This document shows positions 1 through 9,232 of a stretch of DNA of 64,000 nucleotides, one piece after another. A model generated the notes under the pieces. It did not search any database and was not told the origin of the DNA. It saw only the letters and a list, made by a program, of their open reading frames with translations. The stretch is from Clostridia bacterium (GTDB lineage Bacteria > Bacillota > Clostridia > Oscillospirales > CAG-272). A program made the position numbers and the translations under genes. The stretch is from assembly GCA_017398585.1 (NCBI GenBank), contig JAFQFS010000176.1:1611-65610 (forward strand), in the 5' to 3' direction. Within the stretch, counting starts at the first letter, position 1. Every line of letters begins with the position of its first letter.

Positions 1-13
1 AGAAGGATTTTCC

Positions 14-1624
14 ATGAAAGCCTGTGTCATTCAGCCCCCGTATTCGATGGATCTTTCCCTGTCGGAAGAGTATTTTGCGCGCAAACTGGACTATCTCCGC
101 CAGTGTGACAAGTCCATGGACATCATTGTTCTGCCGGAATACAGCGATGTTCCCTGTGCGGCCGTAACCCGTGAGGACAACCTCATGTATCACAGGAAAT
201 ACGCGCCTGTTCTTCTGGACGCCTGCGCCGAGACCGCGCGCCGCTGCAATGCCGTTGTGTTCGTCAACGCCCTGTACGAAACCGAAACCGGCTACCGCAA
301 CACGACGTACGCGTTCAATCGGAACGGCGAGGTTGTCGGGCATTACTACAAAAAACACCTCCCGCCGTCCGAACTGTTTACCGTCAAGCTCGACAGCGCC
401 TATACCCGTGAATTCTCCGAACCGTATGTTCTCGAGATCGACGGCATCCGCTACGGTTTTCTGACCTGCTACGACTTCTATTTCTATGAAGCGTTCGCGA
501 ATATCGCACGTCAGAACGTGGACATCATCATCGGATGCTCGCTCCAGAGAAGCGATACCCACGAAGCGCTCGAAATTATGGGACGTTTCTGTGCGTACAA
601 CTGCAATGCACACCTCCTCCGCGCGTCCGTCAGCCTTGACGGAAGTCCCGATATCTGCGGCGCAAGTATGATTGTGACCCCGAAGGGCGACGTTCTCGTG
701 AACATGAAGAGCGAAACCGGCCTTGGCGTCGCGGAGATCGACCCGAAGGACAAATATTACAAGCCCGCGGGATTCGGCAATCCGCCGGCGCCGCATTACG
801 AATACATCGAATTCGGACGCAATCCGTGGCAGTACCGTCCCGGCGGCAGCGCGATCGTTCAGCACGACGGGATCATGCCGTACCCGCGCGTTTGCGCACA
901 CCGCGGCTTTTCCACCATCGCTCCCGAAAACAGCATGCCCGCGTTCGGTGCGGCTGTGGCGATGGGCGCGGAGGAAATCGAATTTGACGTCTGGTATACG
1001 AAGGACGGCGAGCTGATTTCCCTTCACGACCCGACTCTCGACCGCGTTTCCGACGGTCACGGCAAGATCTACGAACATACCTTCGATGAACTGATCGGTC
1101 TCGACTTCGGCGGAAAGTTCAGCGAGGCATACAAGGGACTGCCGGTCCTTCGATTTGAAGAAGTTCTGCAGAAGTTCGCGTGCCATGTTATCATGAACAT
1201 CCACATCAAGAATATCACCGCGGACGCGCCGTACGATCCGGAACTGATGAAGAAGATCATCGCACTCATCGACAAGTACGACTGCCGCAAGTACGTCTAC
1301 TTCATGAGCGAAAATGACAATATCCTCCGTCTCGGACAGGAACTTGCGCCCGATATCACCCGTGTTGTCGGATTTGACGGTCATCCGGAAAATATGGTTG
1401 ACCGTGCGATACGATACGACTGCAAGAAAATCCAGCTCTTTAAGCCGTATTTCGATCAGGAAATGATCGACCGTGCGCACGAAAACGGTATTTTCTGCAA
1501 CGTCTTCTGGTCGGACGATCCGGAGGAAGCGAAGAAATTCCTCGACATGGGCATCGACGTCATTCTGTCGAACGATTACAACCGTGTCGCACAGGCGGTT
1601 GCCGAATGGAAAAAAGCACACTAA
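14..1624 (+). CDS. Fusion protein: carbon-nitrogen hydrolase (nitrilase superfamily) domain + glycerophosphodiester phosphodiesterase (GDPD) domain
   Basis: 536-aa ORF with an AGAAGGA SD before ATG 14. The N-terminal half has Glu/Lys/Cys triad contexts (PEYSD, YKKHLP, LTCYD). The C-terminal half from about nt 884 has GDPD signatures (CAHRGFS, PENS, EIEFDVW, LHD). Confidence 0.8.
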   Translation: MKACVIQPPYSMDLSLSEEYFARKLDYLRQCDKSMDIIVLPEYSDVPCAAVTREDNLMYHRKYAPVLLDACAETARRCNAVVFVNALYETETGYRNTTYAFNRNGEVVGHYYKKHLPPSELFTVKLDSAYTREFSEPYVLEIDGIRYGFLTCYDFYFYEAFANIARQNVDIIIGCSLQRSDTHEALEIMGRFCAYNCNAHLLRASVSLDGSPDICGASMIVTPKGDVLVNMKSETGLGVAEIDPKDKYYKPAGFGNPPAPHYEYIEFGRNPWQYRPGGSAIVQHDGIMPYPRVCAHRGFSTIAPENSMPAFGAAVAMGAEEIEFDVWYTKDGELISLHDPTLDRVSDGHGKIYEHTFDELIGLDFGGKFSEAYKGLPVLRFEEVLQKFACHVIMNIHIKNITADAPYDPELMKKIIALIDKYDCRKYVYFMSENDNILRLGQELAPDITRVVGFDGHPENMVDRAIRYDCKKIQLFKPYFDQEMIDRAHENGIFCNVFWSDDPEEAKKFLDMGIDVILSNDYNRVAQAVAEWKKAH

Positions 1625-1640
1625 CCATCATATGAACGAA

Positions 1641-1670
1641 AAACAGAGGACTCACCATCCTCTGTTTTTA
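1641..1670 (+). terminator. Intrinsic terminator after the CN-hydrolase/GDPD gene
   Basis: ACAGAGG, 9-nt loop, CCTCTGT, followed by TTTT. Confidence 0.55.
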
Positions 1671-1676
1671 TATTTG

Positions 1677-1736
1677 AAAAGGTTTTTGAAAGGAGTTCGG
1701 GGAAACCTTTTTCCTTAAAAAAGGTTTCCCCGAGAA
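1677..1736 (+). repeat. Nested-palindrome repeat unit (A orientation)
   Basis: AAAAGGTTTTTGAAAGGAGTTCGGGGAAACC-TTTTTCCTTAAAAAA-GGTTTCCCCGAGAA. It matches the unit seen at 12 or more other loci. Confidence 0.85.
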
Positions 1737-1746
1737 ACATTATTTC

Positions 1747-3165
1747 TTATTTCACATCCCCGTCGTCGAACAGGTCGCCGCATTCGGGGCAGAATTTCGG
1801 CGGATTTTCCGGATCGTCCGGTTCCCAGCCGCACTTGTCACACTTGTACAGTCTTGCTTCCGCCGGCTTTTTTGCGCCGCATTCCGGACAGAATTTGCCC
1901 TTGTTGACCGCACCGCAGGAACAGGTCCAGCCTTCCGGCTTCGGTTCCGGACGCTTCGCGCCGCATTCGGGGCAGAACTTGCCCGTGTTCTTCGCGCCGC
2001 ATGCGCAGATCCATTCACCTGCTGCCGGTTTCGGTTCGGGCTTCTTTGCGCCGCATTCGGGGCAGAACTTGCCGGTCGCTTCCGCGCCGCATGCGCACTT
2101 CCATGCCCCTTCCTTGACAGGAGCCGGAGCTTCCGGAGCGGCTGCGGGAGCCTGCTGCTGTCCCATCTGGAACAGAGACTGCGCGTTCATGGCGCCTGCC
2201 TGATTGGCCATGTTCATGCCCATGAAGCCGACGGCTGCGCCGCCTGCGTTGCCTGCCGCGGTCTTCATCGCTTCCGCCTGCGCACCGACGAGCGTTGCTG
2301 CTGCCATCGTCGGATCTCTGTACATCGCGGTCTTCTGCGCTTCCTTGAGCATTTCCTTGTCTTCTTCGGTCAGCGTCGGAGGATTCAGCGCGACCTTGAT
2401 GTCGCCGATGCCGCGTGCGCCCCATTCGGCGGAGAGCTCTTCGTTCAGATACTTTTCAAGTTCGTTGGTGTGCGCGGGGATCTGATTCGGACGGAGTTCC
2501 AGGGCGGACAGTCTGGCAAGAGCCGGGCCGAGTGCACTGAGGAATTCGTCCTTCATCGTATCCTTCAGTTCCTCTTTCTTGTAGGACTGCGCGATGTTTC
2601 CGGCAACCTTGGTATACAGCTTCAGCGGGTCAACGACACGGAAGGTGTAGACACCGTTGCAGCGGAGGGCAACGTCCACGTCAAATCCGATGCGGGAGTC
2701 GACTACACGGAAGTCGATGGGTGTCTTCGTACCGAACTTGTTGTCGAGGATTTCCTTGATGTTGAAGTAATAAACGCGCTGATCCTTGCCGGTGTCGCCG
2801 CCGTAGGTGAAGCGCTTGCCGATCAGCTTGAATGTTTCAAGGATGCTGCTGCCGAGCGAGCCGGCGAAAAGGGAAGGTTCGGTGGAGGAATCCCAGGTGA
2901 ACTGACCGGGTTCGGCGCAGAATTCAACGACCTTGCCCTGTTCCACGATGATCATGCACTGTCCGTCCGCTACCGCGATGCCGGAACCGTTCGAAATGAT
3001 GTTGTCGCTGCCCTTGGTGTTGGAAGAGCGTGCGGAGGTGCGCTTCTGACCTTTTACAATAAGGGTGTCGTTGTCGAGTGCGTCACAGTAGAAAAACTCC
3101 TTCCACTGGTCGGCGAATGTGGTGCTGAGAGCGCTCAGACCTGCCTGAATAAGTCCCATAAACAT
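1747..3165 (-). CDS. SPFH/band-7-like (virion-core-protein-like, COG4260-type) protein with four C-terminal zinc-ribbon modules
   Basis: 472-aa ORF with an AAGGAG SD. The N-terminal ~350 aa resemble the SPFH-like family from memory. The C-terminus carries 4x CxCG..KFCPECG modules. Confidence 0.7.
   Translation of the reverse strand: MFMGLIQAGLSALSTTFADQWKEFFYCDALDNDTLIVKGQKRTSARSSNTKGSDNIISNGSGIAVADGQCMIIVEQGKVVEFCAEPGQFTWDSSTEPSLFAGSLGSSILETFKLIGKRFTYGGDTGKDQRVYYFNIKEILDNKFGTKTPIDFRVVDSRIGFDVDVALRCNGVYTFRVVDPLKLYTKVAGNIAQSYKKEELKDTMKDEFLSALGPALARLSALELRPNQIPAHTNELEKYLNEELSAEWGARGIGDIKVALNPPTLTEEDKEMLKEAQKTAMYRDPTMAAATLVGAQAEAMKTAAGNAGGAAVGFMGMNMANQAGAMNAQSLFQMGQQQAPAAAPEAPAPVKEGAWKCACGAEATGKFCPECGAKKPEPKPAAGEWICACGAKNTGKFCPECGAKRPEPKPEGWTCSCGAVNKGKFCPECGAKKPAEARLYKCDKCGWEPDDPENPPKFCPECGDLFDDGDVK
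1750..2103 (-). repeat. In-frame tandem repeat encoding four zinc-ribbon modules (W.C.CGA..GKFCPECGAK.PEPKP)
   Basis: The repeated peptide and the repeated GCGCCGCATTCGGGGCAGAA(C/T)TT(G/T)CC DNA are visible on the + strand. Confidence 0.8.
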
Positions 3166-3218
3166 GTTCTCCTTTATTTAAACAATTGAATTTTCTGATT
3201 GATCGGATGGATCTGCAG

Positions 3219-4682
3219 TTAATCGGTGACCGTGATCCGTCCTTCCACAACCCGGTCTACCTTCGGATGCCCCGACAGATATTCGTCGATGATGTCGAGG
3301 CAGGACGTGGACACGACGCGAGGTTTCTGATGCTGTTCCAGTTCTGCGTAGGTGATGTCGAGGAATTTTTTAAGATTGGAATAGTGGTAACTCTGGATCC
3401 CGACGGTGAATATCTGATCGTCGGTGACCGTTTTTCCGTTAAAGCTGAACTCGGAAAAATCCTTCGCCGTGCGGGAATATACTGCGCGGATCCCTTCGGA
3501 GACCTGGTAGAATTCCGTGTGCCCCGAGAATGCTTCGTCACGCAGCATGAACCGGAGCATGTGCCGCAGCTGGGCACCGCTTGCCTTGAACATGTAAATG
3601 CTGTCGTCGAAGGGGAAGGTTTCACGCAGGCCGCCGTATTCGACGAGCGGACCGAGCGCGTTCGCGCGGATGCTTCCCGAACCGAGCAGCATTACGTCCA
3701 CACCGAGACTTTCACGGAAAATGTCCGCGAACAGGTTGCCGAGTTCGGTTTCCCGATTCCGTTCGGGATGCGTCAGCGCGTGATTGAACCGTGCGACGAG
3801 CCGCTGGTACTTTGCGTCCGTGATGGAACGGTACTTATCGATGATCTTTTCGAGCTGTACGTCGCGTTCGCAGGTTTCCTCTGTGATCGGTACGAACTGC
3901 CACGTATACGAGTCGATGCAGTTCCGGTCGGTGTCAACGGCGAGATCAAAACGTCCGACGTTGTCCGTACCTGAACCGGCATGTGCGATCACGATGCCGT
4001 TCTCAACGACCGGTTGTTCCATGACCGTATGCGAGTGTCCGCCGAGAATGATATCGACGCCCCACGCCGGGTCGAGCATCTGTGCGAGACGACGGTCTTC
4101 CGCGATCCCGATGTGTGTCAGCAGGACGGTACAGTCAATGTCGAGGGTACGGTAGGCGTTGCAGATCTTCCCGACCGTGCGGACAGCTTCCTCCGTGTCG
4201 ATGAACGAACCGATCAGGGTATCCTGCTTCGCCTGTGCCATGACGTCCGGCGTGATGAGTCCGATGAACAGGACGCGGATACCGTCGGTTTCGGCGATCT
4301 GACAGGGGGTGAACAGGCGCCGCCCGCTCATTTTGATGTAAAGATTTGCGTTGATGACAGGGAATGTCGCGCATTTTTCGATGAACAGCAGGTGCGCGAT
4401 GCCATAGTCGATCTCGTGGTTGCCGATCGTCACAACGTCGGGCGCGAGAAGATTCATCATTTCCACGGTCGAGATGCCTTTGTATTCCGCGTCGATGATG
4501 GAGCCGCGGAACATGTCACCGCAGACGGCGTAAAGGACGTTGCGTTCCGTCCGGCGTACGCTGCTGACGTAGCCGGAGAGCAGGGAAACGCCGCCGACAA
4601 AGGTGTCGTCGACCGGTTCCGCGAGAAAATCGCCGTGGAGGTCGTTCGAGTGGAGCAGGGTGAGATGCCGGATGTTTTTCAT
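3219..4682 (-). CDS. Bifunctional metallophosphatase / 5'-nucleotidase family protein
   Basis: Starts at MKNIRHLTLLHSNDLHGDF, a calcineurin-like metallophosphatase motif. GNHE and GGHSH motifs are present, followed by a C-terminal 5'-nucleotidase-like region. The 118-codon N-terminal extension in the ORF track was rejected. Confidence 0.8.
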   Translation of the reverse strand: MKNIRHLTLLHSNDLHGDFLAEPVDDTFVGGVSLLSGYVSSVRRTERNVLYAVCGDMFRGSIIDAEYKGISTVEMMNLLAPDVVTIGNHEIDYGIAHLLFIEKCATFPVINANLYIKMSGRRLFTPCQIAETDGIRVLFIGLITPDVMAQAKQDTLIGSFIDTEEAVRTVGKICNAYRTLDIDCTVLLTHIGIAEDRRLAQMLDPAWGVDIILGGHSHTVMEQPVVENGIVIAHAGSGTDNVGRFDLAVDTDRNCIDSYTWQFVPITEETCERDVQLEKIIDKYRSITDAKYQRLVARFNHALTHPERNRETELGNLFADIFRESLGVDVMLLGSGSIRANALGPLVEYGGLRETFPFDDSIYMFKASGAQLRHMLRFMLRDEAFSGHTEFYQVSEGIRAVYSRTAKDFSEFSFNGKTVTDDQIFTVGIQSYHYSNLKKFLDITYAELEQHQKPRVVSTSCLDIIDEYLSGHPKVDRVVEGRITVTD

Positions 4683-4837
4683 AAAATACCCCCGCGGGAT
4701 GTTTGTGAATATTTCTGATTTATTATACCACAATATACGCAAAAATGAAAGGACTGCGCCGCAGTCCTTTGAAATTTTCTGTGTTTGTATGCGGATATGC
4801 ACGGGCGCAGAATATGAATTGTTTTGTGAAAAATCGC

Positions 4838-4866
4838 TTGCAATTTTTACGGATGTATGATATACT
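4838..4866 (+). promoter_or_regulatory. Sigma-A type promoter (TTGCAA-17-TATACT)
   Basis: -35 at 4838-4843, -10 at 4861-4866, upstream of the 4913 ORF. Confidence 0.5.
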
Positions 4867-4912
4867 AAAATTATAAAATAACGCGGAATCGCAGTTTCGG
4901 AGAGATTGTGAA

Positions 4913-5371
4913 ATGGATAAGAGAAAATCGTGGAAAATACGCATTGAATTTTTGATCCTGTGCACCGTCGCAGTGGCAGGAGTTCTTCTGCTTGCGCGTC
5001 CTCAGCGGGAACTGATCCATGTTTCCGACGTGACATCGGTGCGGACGGAGGGAATGTCGGTTTCCTATCATGCCGCGATGGAACTGCTCCGGAGCATCAA
5101 TACGTACGGAGGGCACCGGTGCACCGTCGGGAAAAATTATCCCGTAAAGGATTACGAGGATATCATCGAGATCCTCTGCGAGGACGGCGTCCGGTACGAA
5201 CTGCACTACTGGTACACAAGCGGTTTCTCCTTCCTGCACGGCAGAGAGGATCCGTACGCCAGCATCCTGACCCGCTTTGCCGCAGACGGTACGGCGGAGA
5301 CCGCGTGGCGGATGGTCTATGATTTTGACGCGTCCTACCGTGACTGGGAAAAACAGCATCTCAGCCATTGA
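4913..5371 (+). CDS. Hypothetical membrane-anchored protein
   Basis: 152-aa ORF with a GGAGAG SD and an N-terminal hydrophobic segment (FLILCTVAVAGVLLLA). A promoter lies upstream and a terminator downstream. Confidence 0.55.
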   Translation: MDKRKSWKIRIEFLILCTVAVAGVLLLARPQRELIHVSDVTSVRTEGMSVSYHAAMELLRSINTYGGHRCTVGKNYPVKDYEDIIEILCEDGVRYELHYWYTSGFSFLHGREDPYASILTRFAADGTAETAWRMVYDFDASYRDWEKQHLSH

Positions 5372-5386
5372 ATTCCGTAATCTCCT

Positions 5387-5419
5387 AATCGCTTACTGTA
5401 AATTGTAAGCGATTTTTTT
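5387..5419 (+). terminator. Intrinsic terminator
   Basis: AATCGCTTAC, 8-nt loop, GTAAGCGATT, followed by a T-run. Confidence 0.7.
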
Positions 5420-5643
5420 ATTCCTTTTCCAGTTTATATTTACATTAAAAGGGCTTTTGTTATTTTTTAACAAAAGTCAAAACCGGAAGAAAGAAAAATT
5501 TCGTGTATGTATAATAATGCAAATTATCCATTTTTTTCTTGCATTTTTGCCGTATATCCACTATAATAATACGCGCAAAAAACAAGTTTAACGTCGACAG
5601 AGACGGCCGCCGTCCGATGCGGCAAGGAGTATTCATAAATTAT

Positions 5644-6816
5644 ATGAGAGAGACACACGAATTTCTGGTACCGGATTATTTCAAGCACTTTTCCTGCAAA
5701 ATGGGAGCCTGCCGTTCCGCCTGCTGTCAGGGCTGGCCGATTTCCATCACCATGAAGAATTATTTTACACTTCTCGGGATGGACTGCTGTCCGGAACTGC
5801 GGGACCGGCTGGACCGCAGCATGCACATGGTCGACCGCCCCACGGAAGACGAATACGCGCAGTTTTCGATGCGTTGGGACGGCGAATGCGCCCTGCGTCT
5901 GCCGGACGGACGGTGCAGTCTTCACGCCGAACTGGGACCGGAGATACTGTCGGATGTCTGTGACCTGTACCCGCGCGGGATCCGAACGAAGCCGTCGCTG
6001 GAATGTTCGTGTGCCGGGAGCTGCGAGGCGGTATTGGAGCTGCTGATCCGTCGGAAAGAGCCGATGACGTTTGCAGTGGAACCGTACGCGCTTCGGATGC
6101 CGCGTCCGGAAAAGCGTCTGGCGGTTTTCGAAACGCTCGGACGGGAAACGGAGATCCGTCTGTTCTTCATCCGCGTGATGCAGGACCGTTCCCGCAGTCT
6201 GCCGCACCGTCTGGCGAAACTCGGGGACAGCGTGTACCGCATGGACGCCGCTCTGCGGAAAAAAGACGCAGCTCAGGTGGAGGATCTGCTGAAAAACGGT
6301 GTGAGCGGGACTCTCACGATGGATACCGGCGCGGTCGACGCGGAACATCTCCTGCACGGTCTGGAGGTCGTTGAAAAAATGATCGACCGTCTGGACGGAC
6401 GCAGCGACAGCATCCGTGACCTCGGCGAAGCGGCACTGGCATACTTCGGAACCGGGGAGGATGCGCTGAAAAAGTACGAATCCGCGAAGAAACATTTTGA
6501 AGCGGCATTTCCGGATTGGGAGATCTTCTTCGAGCATATGATCGTCAATCACATGTTTTTCTCGCAGTTCCCGTATCAGGACCGTCCGGAAAAACTGATG
6601 GAGGAATTCATCGCCCTCTGCGCGGTGTATGTTCTCCTTCGCTTCCTTGCCGTCGGCTGTATGGCGGACAAAACGGAAGAAACCGACCTCATCGACGTCT
6701 GTGCCGCCCTCTTTCGCCTGGTCGAACACACCGAATTCGACCGCATCGCGTCGAAACTCCTCCACAGCCTCGGCTGCAACCAGCCGACCGGCCTGTGGGA
6801 GTTAATCAGTTTATAA
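5644..6816 (+). CDS. Cys-rich FliB-like protein (flagellin lysine-N-methylase family)
   Basis: The start at MRETHEF has an AAGGAG SD at 5624-5629. The N-terminal FSCKMGACRSACCQGWPI motif matches my recollection of the FliB family. Confidence 0.55.
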   Translation: MRETHEFLVPDYFKHFSCKMGACRSACCQGWPISITMKNYFTLLGMDCCPELRDRLDRSMHMVDRPTEDEYAQFSMRWDGECALRLPDGRCSLHAELGPEILSDVCDLYPRGIRTKPSLECSCAGSCEAVLELLIRRKEPMTFAVEPYALRMPRPEKRLAVFETLGRETEIRLFFIRVMQDRSRSLPHRLAKLGDSVYRMDAALRKKDAAQVEDLLKNGVSGTLTMDTGAVDAEHLLHGLEVVEKMIDRLDGRSDSIRDLGEAALAYFGTGEDALKKYESAKKHFEAAFPDWEIFFEHMIVNHMFFSQFPYQDRPEKLMEEFIALCAVYVLLRFLAVGCMADKTEETDLIDVCAALFRLVEHTEFDRIASKLLHSLGCNQPTGLWELISL

Positions 6817-6824
6817 AATGGGGG

Positions 6825-7020
6825 TTCTCGGGAAAACCTTTTTTAAAAAAAAGGTTTTCCCGAACCCTTTTCAAAAAACTTCAATCTATAAGAAGAGACA
6901 AAGAAAGTGCAGATTTGAAGTGATGAAATGTCTGTAAAACGTACAGCCGTTTTGTTCCTTCAGATTTGCACTTTCTTTGTTTTTCTTATTCGTTTGAAGG
7001 TTTTTGAAGAGGGGTTCGGG
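6825..7020. repeat. Composite palindromic element (B unit + inner GTGCAGATTTGAAG inverted repeat + A-unit head)
   Basis: B unit at 6825-6881. Inner inverted repeat GACAAAGAAAGTGCAGATTTGAAG (6897-6920) pairs with CTTCAGATTTGCACTTTCTTTGT (6958-6980). A-unit head at 6992-7020. Confidence 0.85.
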
Positions 7021-8117
7021 ATTTCCAGTGCCTTGGATTCGGAGAGATTTTCGATCTCGTCGGCGGTGACTTCGCGGCCGAGACGTTCGGAGAAGTAGAT
7101 GCCTTCCTGGAGGCGCTGGGTTTCAAGGGCGATTTTGGCGGTCGGGAGGAGCTCGCATTTTCCGAGGAGGGCGTGTACCCAGTGCTGCTGGGAATTGTCG
7201 TAGTGAGCGCCGTCTGCGTAGACAGTATGATCGAGATAGTCCATTTCGCCGAGGTCGACGGTCGTGTCGGTTTCGATGTTGTATTTTCTCGAGTGGATGG
7301 TCAGCGGATTCAGGGACATGCCGGCTTCGGAGCCGCAGAGGATCGACGACGGGAACGGCTTGCCGTGGATCGCCCACGATTCGAGGATATCCATCGACAG
7401 TCCGCCTTTGTAGGTCGCAAGACCTACGCCGAGTTCTTCGACGTTGTAGCCGCTGATCGCACGTCTGCCTTCGTCCATGGCAACTTCCGCATAGGTATGT
7501 CCGCAGACACGTTCGAGCTGCGGGATGCCGGTCAGGTAGAGCAGCTGCGAGATGTGGTAAACGCCCATATCAAACAGCGCACCGCCGCCGGAGGTCTTGG
7601 TGTTGACGAATTCCTTGGTCGCGTAGCCGTCGACGAACGGTCTGCCGCGGCGGCGGAAGCCGTAGGAACGCATGTGATAGATGTGCCCGAGGTCGCCCGC
7701 GTCGATGAACTTCTTCGCGCACTTCGTTTCAAGGGTATACAGGAATGCGAGCTGGATGTGGAGCTTCTGACCGGTTTCCTGCATGACCTGATACATGCGG
7801 CGTGCGTCGTAGAACGAACCTGCCATCGGCTTTTCGCAGTAGCAGTGGCGTCCGGACTGCATGACGGCGATGGATACGGGGGCGTGCATGTTGTTGTGCA
7901 GGCAGACGTCCACGGCGTCGATGTCCGGCTCTTCGAGAAGTTTGCCGATGTGTGTGAAGCGGCGTTTGATGCCGTACTTATCACCGATGTAGTTCAGGCG
8001 TTCTTCGTTGATGTCGCAGATGGCAACGACTTCGGCTTCGGGAATACTCTGATATCCGCTGATGTGGGATTCTCCGATGATGCCGTTGCCGATGACGGCG
8101 ATTCTTACTTTATCCAT
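6960..8117 (-). CDS. Gfo/Idh/MocA family oxidoreductase
   Basis: N-terminal Rossmann motif (RIAVIGNGIIG) and an AAGGAG SD. The last ~20 codons lie inside the repeat element. Confidence 0.85.
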   Translation of the reverse strand: MDKVRIAVIGNGIIGESHISGYQSIPEAEVVAICDINEERLNYIGDKYGIKRRFTHIGKLLEEPDIDAVDVCLHNNMHAPVSIAVMQSGRHCYCEKPMAGSFYDARRMYQVMQETGQKLHIQLAFLYTLETKCAKKFIDAGDLGHIYHMRSYGFRRRGRPFVDGYATKEFVNTKTSGGGALFDMGVYHISQLLYLTGIPQLERVCGHTYAEVAMDEGRRAISGYNVEELGVGLATYKGGLSMDILESWAIHGKPFPSSILCGSEAGMSLNPLTIHSRKYNIETDTTVDLGEMDYLDHTVYADGAHYDNSQQHWVHALLGKCELLPTAKIALETQRLQEGIYFSERLGREVTADEIENLSESKALEIPNPSSKTFKRIRKTKKVQI

Positions 8118-8170
8118 GGGTATACTCCTTTCTCATACTTAGAAATTCTTTTACAATTTATCCAGATGAA

Positions 8171-8226
8171 AGCTTTTTGAAAGGGGTTCGGGGAAAACTT
8201 TTTCTCGAAAAAGTTTTCCCCGAGAA
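8171..8226 (+). repeat. Nested-palindrome repeat unit (A orientation)
   Basis: AGCTTTTTGAAAGGGGTTCGGGGAAAAC-TTTTTCTCGAAAAA-GTTTTCCCCGAGAA. Confidence 0.85.
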
Positions 8227-8229
8227 AAT

Positions 8230-9054
8230 TTATTCATAAATTCCGTTGAAGTAGGACGGCTTTGCGGGTTCGTCCCAGCCTTCCGCGTTCAGCTCGGCGA
8301 TGAGTCCGCGCACGGTCGCGATCTGCCATTCGACACGTTCGCATTCGAGCGCGCCGGAGTGGTGTTCCGCGCTGTACGCGCCTTCGTAGCCCGCCTTTGC
8401 GAGACGGCGGATGACATCCTTCGCGTACGGCATGGAGTTCGCGTGGATGTGGGTGTGCATCGCGTAGGAAATCGCGAGTTCTTCACCGGCTTCCACATCG
8501 TCGTAGAAGTTGCGGAAGTGATAGAGATGTCCGTACGCCGGACTGTCTACGGCTTCCTTTACCTTTCTGAGGTATTCCGGCACACGGTCCCAGCCCCAGT
8601 GGTTTTCCGGGCCGATCTTCATACCGAGGTCATAACAGATCGCGCAGTATTCGCGGTAAGTATTCACGATGTATTCGAATGCTTCGTCGGGCATCGTGTG
8701 ACCTTCCGTGCCGCCGAAGTCGATGCGGATCGTCTTCGCGCCGAGTTTGTCAGCGGCTTTGATGTATTCGAGCATCTGTTTCTTGTGTGCGTCGCGCGCT
8801 TCGGCGGTGTCCATCCAGACGTGCGGTCCGTCGACGCATAGATTCGCGAGGGTGAGATTTTTGCGGTCAAGTTCGGCGCGGACTTTTCCGATAAATCCGT
8901 CGTCGAGGTTCGGAAGGAATCCGGTCCAGATGTCGGCGCAGTCGACGCCGTAACGGTAGCGGAGCATGTTCAGGTAGTTGAACACGTCGCATTTACCTTC
9001 TCCGAGAAGGCCGTGGAACGAGTAAGAGGCGATGGCGGTTTTGATGTTCGGCAT
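8230..9054 (-). CDS. Sugar phosphate isomerase/epimerase (xylose isomerase-like TIM barrel)
   Basis: The start at MPNIKTAIASYSF has an AAGGAA SD. The sequence looks TIM-barrel-like. The 45-codon upstream extension was rejected. Confidence 0.7.
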   Translation of the reverse strand: MPNIKTAIASYSFHGLLGEGKCDVFNYLNMLRYRYGVDCADIWTGFLPNLDDGFIGKVRAELDRKNLTLANLCVDGPHVWMDTAEARDAHKKQMLEYIKAADKLGAKTIRIDFGGTEGHTMPDEAFEYIVNTYREYCAICYDLGMKIGPENHWGWDRVPEYLRKVKEAVDSPAYGHLYHFRNFYDDVEAGEELAISYAMHTHIHANSMPYAKDVIRRLAKAGYEGAYSAEHHSGALECERVEWQIATVRGLIAELNAEGWDEPAKPSYFNGIYE

Positions 9055-9232
9055 AGGGAGTTCCTTTCGTATGTTGAGAAATTCAGCGGGATCTTTCGGT
9101 CGTATTCCCGCCGTATTGTTTTTATTATATGGGATAATGATGAAAAATACAAGGGATTTTTTGAAAATATTCATAAAAATCACCAACAAAACACCGCCGT
9201 ACAGTCGGATAAGGCCGTACGGCGGATTGGGT

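Noticed and set aside
4683-5036. N-terminal extensions of track ORFs (3219-5036; also 8230-9189, 20554-22191, 54843-55955, 40227-41153, 50199-50519)
   Set aside because: In each case an internal ATG preceded by a GGAGG/AAGGAG SD coincides with the start of the conserved domain. The extensions cross promoters, repeats or neighbouring genes.
5524-6765. 413-aa minus-strand ORF
   Set aside because: It is antisense to the FliB-like gene, which has an SD and a recognisable Cys-rich motif. This ORF has neither.
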